The notes beneath the pieces were generated by a model. It was not told the DNA's origin, made no database searches, and saw only the letters and a list, made by a program, of their open reading frames with translations. Below are positions 37,901 through 47,764 of a stretch of DNA of 64,000 bases, piece after piece (the stretch's first letter is position 1; each line of letters opens with the position of its first letter). This stretch comes from Cyanidioschyzon merolae (taxonomy: Eukaryota): the NCBI GenBank assembly GCA_000091205.1, contig AP006485.2. One strand, given 5' to 3'. The translations under genes were made by a program, and so were the position numbers.

Positions 37901-39719
37901 CAGTTGCGAAAAGAGTGCCACTGTGGATGCTGTGGGTGTCTGGCGGAGCGGCTCGACGTGTTCGCGATCACTCAACTGAAAGCGCGCTACAGGTTGACGT
38001 TGTTCGAGCAGCAGCGCCTCCCCGATGCTTGCTGCAAGTTCACAACGACCATCCGCGGGGAAGCGAAAGAGCTCTTGGCGCGAGCGAGGCTCCAGGCACA
38101 CGATCTGTTCGTTGATTGTGATCAAGGCCGGAACCGGAAGCAGGTTTCGAAATTCCAGAACCGGTGCTAACCACACCTCCAGGCTGCCGTCTTCGTGGAT
38201 GTGTCGGGATACCCGGAGTACGCGGTTATCGCACCAGTGCACCATGTGAGCGACCGTTACCGCCTCGCCGTACAGTGCTCGCATCGCTGCTGCCTGCACT
38301 GAGAAGCTCTCACACCACACCGTAGCATCTGCGCTGGCAGGGTTCGCACCGGAGTCAGTCAGCGTCTCCTCAAAAGCGACTGCCAGTGCTCTAATATCGG
38401 CAAGGGCGCCAATGCGGATACTCTTCTGTGGCGGTAGCCGATGGAAAGTCTCCAGCACCAGCGACAAATCCCGTCCACTGCTACCTCTACCACCAACACT
38501 ACTACCACTACTACTACTACTACTACGAGTAGTGGTAGTGGTACGAGGCATACGACTGCTCGTCTGCCCTAGACAGCGCAGACGCAGCGTCGTATGCGCA
38601 CAGGCATTGTGTACGGTTATAGGCGCCTGAAGGCAGAAGTGCCAGCCCGTTCGGCATCGCGTCACTCGCCAGTGGAGTCGCTCCCACAGCAGCTGTGCTG
38701 AGCAAGGAGGTACGGTTGTGCACTGTTGCGCATCAAGTGGGTGCGCAGATGTCGCTGACAGCTGTGCGACTGTTCTAGCGTCGCCGCTTTTGCTACTGCT
38801 GGTACTGCTGCTTGCAGTTGACGTCACTGCTGCTGCTGACCGTGTCCCTGGCAAAGCTGCAGCGACGCTGGGTCGATTCCCAATGAGCGACCTTGCAGAA
38901 GTTTCTGTTGCTGAAGCCTCACTCGCGACGAGCGCGTCGCCAGCTCGAGTCCAAGAGAACCACGTAGGCGTATCGCCTTCGATGGAGAGCGCTCGAACGC
39001 CCAGTTGCAGCGTCTTCATAGAGGCACTCGAACTCGTGACCTGGGTCGAGCCCTGAGCTCTTGACTGGATCCGCCGGAGCGCGTTTGGTGCCCAGCTGGA
39101 TTGCACCGGAAGCACCGCATGCACCGTTCCCGCAGCGACACAGAATCCTGAAGCTCCAAGGCGTGCTGGATGCTCCTCGGGCGTTGTGCTCGTTGCTGGG
39201 CGCTCCGGAGCGCTTTTCTTGCCAGCTGCAGGCGCTGAAGGCATCTGGTGCACCGCATCTGGCCCGTGTGCTTTGTCACCGCTCTTCTGGTTGCCGGATG
39301 CCGGCATAAGCGCACCATTGTTGCTAGGGATGATGATCTCAAGGTCCGCATCCGTCTCATTGGAGAATCGATACGCTCGCTGGTACACTGTCGGCAGATG
39401 CGCTCGTCGACCGGTGAGATACTCCCAGAGCAGCGCGAGCTCGAGTGCATCCTGCTCGGAGCCTTGAATCCGAACAGGCTCCCGATGCAGCGGACTCAAC
39501 CATATCCGAAGCAAGCCAGAGGGTCGATGCTCATGCAGACGCAACTGCAGTCGAAACGGGTGCAACCGTGGCTCATACCGATCCTGTCCACCATCGTAGG
39601 CGTCGACGGCGAACGTGCACTGCGTCTGCAGCTCCTGGTATGTGTCAGTGACCTGATAAACCAAGGCGAGTTGGCTCATGGTCAGCGCCACCAGGGGGAG
39701 CACCCCACCGCTACTGCTA

Positions 39720-39753
<34 letters not shown>

Positions 39754-42700
39754 TTAACGGGCTATCCGTCAGACGCACTAGCACGCCAGCACTCGTCACG
39801 CGCACCTGCAAGGAAACTGCCGTCTCCATGCCGGTCTGGGAAAACGCAGCAGGTGCTGTTTCTGGTGTCATCTCCGCTTTCCGCGCACTTGCATTCGCTT
39901 GCCACGGTGCGCCTAGCAGCAAGACGGTCTCTGGTAGACTGGTTTCGATCGCTTGACCTTGGAGGTTCCAACTCAGAAACTTACCGGTATGTGCATTCAT
40001 GAGGCAAAATCCATCCGGTGAGACAAAGCACGCTCGCCAGATAATCGGTTCACCAACGGAAACACCGGCGTCTGACATGCTCGTAGGTGGAGCGGTGTTA
40101 TCAGGGTGCCCTGAAAAGCGCCCCAGGCAACCGATGCGCGGCGTAGAGTCACCAGCACTAGCGCGTGCTGACTCCACCGAGGTCCCTGCGCGTCTCAGAG
40201 AGGAGGTGCTTCGACGCCGCCCAGGAGGTTCAGCTGAAGACCCGGGCACGCCTGCGGGGATCGGGTTTGCCTGGCGTTGAAGAGCACTCGCCTCTGTGGC
40301 TGGATACGGGAGCACAGAGACGGGTCGCAGCACTCCTGAGGGACCTTCGCTATCGTCGGGGCACCAGGCCAGGAGACTAAAGAGCGTCTCGTCATCGGGA
40401 TCAGTGCGCTTGACCAGGAACGTGCTGTACGCCGTGCTAGCTGCCGAATAAGGCGGGGCATCGGTGCTCGCCAGCGCCAAAACGTATATGGGTATGGAGG
40501 CATCCGCCTGGAGGACACACGGCAACTGCGTAGCGCTATCCCAGAGCGTGATCAGCGTACCCGGCTGCGGACTCATGCCAGGAGCTGGGCATTTTCTGGG
40601 CGAGAACACAGGCCGCTGGTTACCAAAGCTGGATCGCTGCTGCTGCTGCTGCTGCTGCTGGCCAGGTACTGCCCTGGACAAGTGACGCTGGGTGCCACTG
40701 CGGCGCCGATGACTCAGTGCGGAGGGTGCTGGAGCGCCCAGCGCACCCCCCAGCACTGCAGCAAGAGCGTCCCAGAGCAAAGGCACGCTGCTGACCCCGG
40801 CTTGCGCACTGGACCGCAGGCGAAAGGCGCCCGAACCTGCCGGCATTGCACTGAACGAGCCGGTCCCAGTACCTTCAGCAGCATTCGTATCTGGGACCAG
40901 CGTATGCGATGCAGGTGTATGCCCCGGTGCTGCTGCTGTACTTGTTACCGCTGTTGCCTCACGATGACCTTTGGGAGCGGACGCGCTGCCGGTACCCGCA
41001 CCTGCCTCGTCGCATAGAACATCACCTAACTCTGGATACGCTGGTGCATTGAGCCTCGTCGACCAGCGGTGCAGCCAACTCCGCCACAGGTCCATGTCTT
41101 GGCGGCAGAATATGGCGTCAAATGCGGAAGTCTGCAGCTCAACCTGCACCGAGAGCAGAGGCGCTCCTCGCGATGCTGCTACTGCCGTATAGTGGCCATG
41201 GATGCGCACGCCAACAGAGCACGGGGATAGGAGCACAAGCGGCTTATGATCCGCAATGCGTTGACGGACGAATGCCTCGGGAGCATCCGCAGCAAACGAA
41301 AGTCTCCACTGAATCGGTGCAGTGCCTGCGTACGCCAACCCCAGTGCAGCATCGAGACCAGCTGACGCCAATACAAGCTGAGCTGGCGGATCCGTTGGCG
41401 AGCACAGCACCACCTTGGTATGGGCACCTCTCCAGTGCATCTCCAGCAGCAGCGAGGTCTCTGTCTTGGTCCACGACACAGAGCGAGGGGCGTCTGCGGG
41501 CGACGTTTCTTGCCACGTCCGCGTGCTCGTAGCAGCAGCAGCATCATCAGCAGCATCATCAGCAGCAGCATCAGCAGCAGCATCAGCAGCATCATCAGCA
41601 GCATCAGCAGCAGCTGTGGCAGCAGTAGCATCAGTGGTACCGGCAGCGGGTGACTTGTTTCCGGGGCATATAGGTTTGCGCGATGAACGCCCGGGAACTT
41701 TTTCATCTCGTTGACTCGCCCGGGAACGTGTTGGCATCTCAGCTCCCGTCGATAACGTGGATACTTTGGGCGATACCGCGACTGCGCCGCGCCCTACACG
41801 ACGTGCTGCCTGATGGAGGCTCCACCAGCGCTGCCAGCAAGCTGCGTACTGCCATAAAGCCGCAGTCAAATGCAGCTCGATATCGGATATCTCGATGAGG
41901 CAGCCCAGTCGCACGGATGCCGTCGTCGACGAACTGAAGTGCGTCGAGTAGGAGGAGGAGGCCTCGGCTGTTGCCGCTGCGCTGCCCCAAACACTTCCAG
42001 CTGGTGCCGCATACGCCAGCGCAAGATGCGCAGAGCCACCACAAGGAAGCAGAATAGGAACGCTGGCACACCCGAACAGTGCCGCTGCATCCGCGTCCAG
42101 TTCAAGGCTCATGCTCAGCTGCTGAACAGCAATGTCGTACAGGAGAGGCGGCTGATGCGAAGCAGCCAGGTTCTCGGGCATCGCCCGGCTGCTCGTGCCC
42201 GTGCTGGACGCTGCAGCACATCCACCTGAGCGATGCTTTAATGCCAACCGCTGTTGAACTCGATCGAGGTCGCTGAAGAGGCGCAACGGGTCGCGCAGCT
42301 GGCAGCAAGTGCCGCTCCGAAGTGAAAGCCTCCCCAGCTGAACCTGCACAGCGAATGCATCCAAGCGGGTGCCACGACGCAGTCGCTCAATGACATGTAT
42401 CCAACGATGCCGCGGTGATGTCACCGGTGCCGTTGCCTCGCTACTGGTGGGCGAAGCGCGTTCACGTATAAGCCCCAAGCCCTTGGCTAAGTTAGCAACT
42501 ACGTAGATGCGCGGCGCCGACACCATGATATCCAGGTCCAGGGTGCTCGCCGCCTCCAACAGCGTTTCACTATCCGGCAACGCTGCAGCGATCGACGTGC
42601 GATACGCAGCGAACTGTGCCTTGGCTTCCTGCATCCAAACGCGCCAGGGTATGTTCTGTCGTCTGCCAAAGGCAAGTACATGTCGAACGAGTGCCGGCGA

Positions 42701-45361
42701 TAGCAGCAGAACCAGCGGCCTGCTGCGTACGCTCATCCGATGTCGCGTTTCAACATGTGAACGCGCTGGTGCCGTCAACGCTGTCGCATCGCCAGACCAA
42801 CTGGTGTTGCGTATTGGATGCTGGTGCTCATAGGCGAGGCGCAACAGTGCTCCTGACGATGCGTCGGTGCTTGCGTCGACAAAGACTACTGGATAAAGGT
42901 CGTCGTGTAGGTGCTCACGCGCCTGCACAACAACATCACCCGTTTGTAGCGAGATGCACGTGCGATTGGGTGTCCTCTCCAAAAGCAGATGCAGATGTCG
43001 GAGTTGGATGTCGGCGAAAGGCCTTCGATCTGAAAGCTGCAGGCTCATCTGGGTATCGTCGATCCGCAATTCGATGCGGAGACCTGCAGCATCTGGTTTC
43101 CACTGAATCTGCTGGAGCGTAGACTCCAAATCGGTGACTTGCTCATCCACGTGCTCCTGTACAAAGCCTTGAAAACGTTCACCGAGCTCCTGCGCCAAGC
43201 TAGCCGGCTCAACGACGATTTTGGATTCCTCGCGCTGCTCCGAGTCTAGCCGAGCAGAGCGCGCATCAGCCTGAGGCTGGTGCTCGGATGGTTGACACAA
43301 AGTGTCAGTAGTTGCGGGCCAAATCCGCTCCACTGCGGTGTGACGCTCTTCGCGAGCAGCAGGAGCAGCAGTCGACCTAGCAGTTGGCGTCGGTATTCCC
43401 GATGTGACGTCCACACCAGACGCTGAATCCTTTGTCGCAGGTGGCGCTGAGCTCCAGCCGAGTGTGGTGGAGATCCAGCCCAGCCAGCCGGTCGACGCTG
43501 TGGCCCCAGTTCGAGCTGTTTCTGCTGTCCCGCTGGCGTCTTCAGCGGAGCCAACGACTGCGGAAACAGCTCGACCTTGATCAACGATGCTGCGTTTGGT
43601 GTTCGCTCCTGGTGTATACTGAGGCCTTTCGGCGTTAGGCTGCAGTGGTGCTCGTCTGCTGGGGTCACGTTCAAGCGCCCTGTGGTATCGTTGTATTGCC
43701 AGACTCCGAAAGTAGCGGATTTCATCGATGCTTAACTGTTGCTCCAGAGCTGCGACTGCCTCTTCCAAGTCCGCTGGATCGTTGGCAAGAGAGAGTGCCA
43801 GAGCTTCCCGTGTACCAGTGGATGCTTGGGTGCGGTCATCAGTTTCCAGTTTCACTCGCGTGTAGAGCGATATGTAGCGTTCTTTGCGTCGATGCCAAGC
43901 ACCAAGATCCTCGAGCACGAATGGACGATACAAACTGGATACAAATGCTCGAACACAAAGAAGCGCAAATTTCCAACGGTTTCGCGCCCTACTCGGGTGC
44001 TGCTGCTCTGTCGCCTCTAGGGCCTGGATATCGCGCGGAAGCTCTGCGGATTGCCGCTCCTCCGGAGGAGGCATCCAGTTCAGATATCGTGAGCGATAGC
44101 GATTCCCAAACATCCACAGATAAGGTTCGGGGGCGTTCATGAGCACCAACAAGTCTGAGCGTCGTCGCCATCCCAACCAGGTTGCGTAGCTCTTCAGTGC
44201 CGTCACCGTCTCTACCTGAGACTGTTGCAGTTGCAAACACCAGCGTTCAACACCGAGACAGAGTGAGACTCTGGTGGTGCTGTCGCTCGTCGACTGGCCA
44301 GACGAATCGTGGGGCGCTTCTGTATCCGTCGCCAAGGTGCTTGGGTACGGTCGCTCTATTCGTAGTCCGACATACCCATAGCTGGGCCTGCACAAAAGAA
44401 AGGGTTCCATGATCTTCGCGAAACGCTCATAGTGCTCCGACAAAGATTCTCCCGCTAAGGCTGTGAATGCGGCATCCGCTGGCGTCGACTGCGAGCGATG
44501 CTGGCTCCTCATTGGTGTCAGGTAGCAGGCCAGACCATGCACCCGTAACTGTCGATCGAGGATCAAGCGCATCCTGGGTGAGGTCGCGGCCTCATTCTGG
44601 GTAGGATGATCCAGATGAGGTCGCCATTCATGACGATAATCGGGGTCTGTCGACTTATCAGAAGCAGCGGCATTGCTATCGATCAGGCTGAGTTGCCGGA
44701 GCATCAATCCGCAACTGCTCTTTCGTGTGCCTTGAGACCGCCTCCCTTCGAGCAGGTTTGTTTCCGGTTCGACAGCGATGAAGTCGACATGAATATGCAC
44801 CCGTTCTATCTGCAACTGTAGACGACGAAGCAGAAATGCAGTGGCTCTTCCAGCAAATGTCTGCAGCCAGCCGCCGTCTCGAGCGCCTCCTGTCGAGGCA
44901 CCGTTGTGCTTGCTGGACGCAGGCAGCGTCTCTTGCGAGAGCTGCTGCTCTCGTGTCGCAAGTGTCCGAGCCCAAGACTCGAGACTCTGACGCTGCTCCT
45001 CGTCGTCTAGGCGGAGAAGTTCCGCTCGAGTGGTCTGAAACGAGTCAGCGTTGTTACTGGGGGCTTCACCCGGATACCAGCACAGCTCCAGGTACACGTC
45101 TGCGATGCTGATGCTGATGATTCCATTCCACCGCGCTTGGATGGATAGCGTGCCTAGGCCAGCCCGTTGGAGTTGAAGTTCTTTGATTCCGAGATCTTGA
45201 CGCCAATAGCGCTCGACCGCACCGGTTTCGAGTTCGAGATCGTGAACCTCAAAGTAGCCCCGCTGCCCTAAAGCGATTAGGACTTGCTCCCGATCTAGTC
45301 CACCTCGAATAAACGTACCGACCTTGCTCGCAAGAAATCGATACAGCGCTTCTTCGAGCAT
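34910..45361 (-). CDS. VPS13-like bridge-like lipid-transfer protein (chorein-N family), 3483 aa
   Basis: Track ORF. The N-terminus MLEEALYRFLASKVGTFIRGGLDREQVL...GLGTLSIQARWNGIISISIADVYLEL matches the chorein-N pattern of VPS13/ATG2 (MLE...fd..ql...G.lG.L...PW..l...pv.i.i.dvYLL). The size fits VPS13. It has many low-complexity inserts: DAADDAADAAAD, (NG)n, poly-Q, poly-T/S. Confidence 0.6.
41520..41640. repeat. imperfect (CAGCAGCAT/CAGCAGCAGCAT) trinucleotide array inside the VPS13-like CDS
   Basis: Direct run seen in the sequence. It encodes a D/A-rich acidic low-complexity tract on the minus-strand frame. Confidence 0.7.
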
Positions 45362-45439
45362 CGAATTGAGTTGGTGTCAAGCAAGTGATACGTTGCTCGA
45401 CGAGTAACAGAACCGGACGACGGCCACGCACCAAACGCC

Positions 45440-46050
45440 GTTCTGAAGCAAAACGTTGTCGCCGTCAGCGGTGGACAGTTGTGGCGAGAAACTCGCTATG
45501 GACAAGACGTCCCCAACTGACGTGCAGACGCCTCCCCGCCGGTTTGGACCGGCCACCCACAACTGATTCCAACTTTTTTTTTTAATATAGTTCCACTTTG
45601 AGCGGTTGTCCCTTAAAATTCTCTCTTGTCCACTCTGGAGGTCTTCTCTCCAGCACCGCACATCTCCTCATATTGATTGCTGCGTTCAGGTCTCGGTTCA
45701 CGAACTCCATACGTCCACTGCCTCTTGCTAAACTCATCATTGCGAGCAGTCCTGGCACTCGCGCCTTCTGTTCCACGACAGTCTTGTCACCTTCTTCTTC
45801 TGCTTGGTTCATTGCTGGTCTTCTCTCGATGGTCGACGAGAAGAGAAATTTTTCTATTTTCACCGGTACCTGGCAATGGCGGCCCTCCAGAATCCCAGAC
45901 TTCCGTCTTCACACCTCTCCCTCGGTGTTTTTCCTCAAATAAACGCAATTCGACCACGTCTGCTATCAACTCGCGAGAGAGAATTTGACTACACGCACCT
46001 GGGGGTATCACGCAATTGAGCTGAGAGATTATACCAAGCGAAAACACTCC
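45440..46050 (-). mobile_element. truncated remnant of the TnpB/Fanzor-like element family: 3'-terminal conserved segment plus the RuvC-III end of the ORF only
   Basis: 45440-45700 aligns at the nucleotide level to 47838-48100, 54631-54890 and 60670-60930. Track ORF 45582..45863 (-) reads ...[44 protein letters not shown], the RuvC-III tail. No RuvC-I region follows. It ends ~80 bp upstream of the VPS13-like start codon. Confidence 0.55.
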
Positions 46051-46431
46051 GACACGATCGATGCGCTATGACGTCAGATCATCCGCTGGAAACGACGACT
46101 ACATATGAGCGCGCGCTGTACGACGAGTCTACCATCATCAACAGCGGTAATATTCAGATCACTTTGGCGGTGTATCTGTGCATTGTGGCAGCTTTACAGT
46201 CCAAGGCCGCGCGTGAAAGCGTCTCTTGTGATCCTCGATCTGAGGCAACGTATGCGTCATGTGCATGAATCGAGCGGCGATTTCCATTCAAGGCTACTCC
46301 AAACCCTAATTCCAGCTTGCGATCATGAAAAGCCTCCGCAAAGTGTTCGCAAGCTCAAAGACTGTCGTTTCCGCTAAGATTCGGCTCGTGCACGGCTGAG
46401 TCGTCATCATTCTGAATCGTATTTTCGGCGG

Positions 46432-47640
46432 CTACCGCTCACGCTCAACTGATTCCAGCATTTCCGACACATATCGCCACACCGTGTTCGGATCCTGGTC
46501 GTGCGGGCAATGACCGACAGCTTTCAGAGCAACAAATCGATCCACATGTGGATTGCGTGCAAACAGCTCTCGTCCGAGGGCGAAAGGTTCCCACGGATCA
46601 CGCTCTCCCCAGAGGACCCAGATTGCGGGCGGATCTTTTCGAGCAGTTGCAGCCATCTGTGCAATGCTTTCGACGAGCTCCTCTGCCAGCGGGCCGCGAT
46701 CATACGACGTGAACGCTAGAAATACATCCAGAGCACCGGGGCGCCTGCTTGGGGCCCGAATCCGCTCTACGAGCTCGGTACTGATGATCTGGTCCGCCTC
46801 AGGGCCATCAACAGCGTAGGCTGAGCAGAGTAACCTGCGGAGCGTCGCTGGCCGAGATACCAGAGAGAAGAAAAACTTCGCCACGGGACGAAATCCCAAT
46901 ACGCGCAACGCTAATGGAGTCGTCCAGACGCGCAGACCCCGTCGTTTCTTATAGTGCAGCTGGCGAAGAGACGGATTCAGACACATAACTGCCCGAATAC
47001 GCGTGCCCTGCATACCAGGATGCTCTACTGACTGGCGCAGCATGTCGCAAGCAGCTTGAAGTGCGGCAACACAACCGATTGAATTTGCAACGAGAACAAC
47101 ATCACGCTGTTGCGAAATCCCGGTATCTGACGCGGTCACCACAACAGTATTGATGAAATGAAGGATCTGCTGTGCCCAGCTTTCAAACGTGTACGAAAAT
47201 GTCGGAGAGCCAACTTTGCCGTCGCCTTGCGTCGTGAACAGCGGTGGTGGCATATCAGCATCACCAAAGCCCAGCAAATCCAGCGCATACGCGTCGTAGC
47301 CCGCCTCCGAAATGATGTTGAGCATCTTCTGCCAGTGAAATGCCCCAGCACCGAAACCGTGAATGCATATCACAGCAGGCCTTGCCGGTGACGCCGGCGG
47401 AGCTGCAGGTTTCGCCCAGTACGTACAACGGAATCTTTCAAACAAGTAATCTTCTTGCCGAAAACCTGGCGGCAACGGTAGGAGCGGTTGAACACTCCTT
47501 AAACATTCCTCGAAAACACCACCTACATTCGTAGTGGGGTCAGCGCTCAAAGTAGAGTCGAAGTCACGACGGCCCGTTGCTCTCAGAGCGCTGTTCACCG
47601 AGTGCCCGTTTCCTTCATTTACGTCAGCCTTAACACCCAT
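46432..47640 (-). CDS. alpha/beta-hydrolase fold protein
   Basis: Track ORF 46432..48060 (542 aa). The hydrolase core reads AVICIHGFGAGAFHW...LVANSIGC...AVGHCPHDQDP. The start is placed at the internal ATG 47640 (MGVKAD...), because the upstream 140 codons read through the conserved end of the adjacent repeat element and recur verbatim at 54627..54860. Confidence 0.65.
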   Translation of the reverse strand: MGVKADVNEGNGHSVNSALRATGRRDFDSTLSADPTTNVGGVFEECLRSVQPLLPLPPGFRQEDYLFERFRCTYWAKPAAPPASPARPAVICIHGFGAGAFHWQKMLNIISEAGYDAYALDLLGFGDADMPPPLFTTQGDGKVGSPTFSYTFESWAQQILHFINTVVVTASDTGISQQRDVVLVANSIGCVAALQAACDMLRQSVEHPGMQGTRIRAVMCLNPSLRQLHYKKRRGLRVWTTPLALRVLGFRPVAKFFFSLVSRPATLRRLLCSAYAVDGPEADQIISTELVERIRAPSRRPGALDVFLAFTSYDRGPLAEELVESIAQMAATARKDPPAIWVLWGERDPWEPFALGRELFARNPHVDRFVALKAVGHCPHDQDPNTVWRYVSEMLESVERER

Positions 47641-47764
47641 AACGGCTCCAGTGCCTCCAGGCCGAGGGAGCTGACGCCTTCTAGCACTCAAGAGCGAGCG
47701 TCGCGGCCGTTCGTTACTTTTCGAGTGAAGCAGCACCGGTGCCAGGCGACAATGACCGAAGCGC

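Noticed and set aside
34988-45111. Numerous 60-170-aa ORFs on the plus strand antisense to the VPS13-like gene, and similar ones over the helicase
   Set aside because: High GC content generates long spurious antisense ORFs, which are Arg/Ala/Pro-rich and motif-free.
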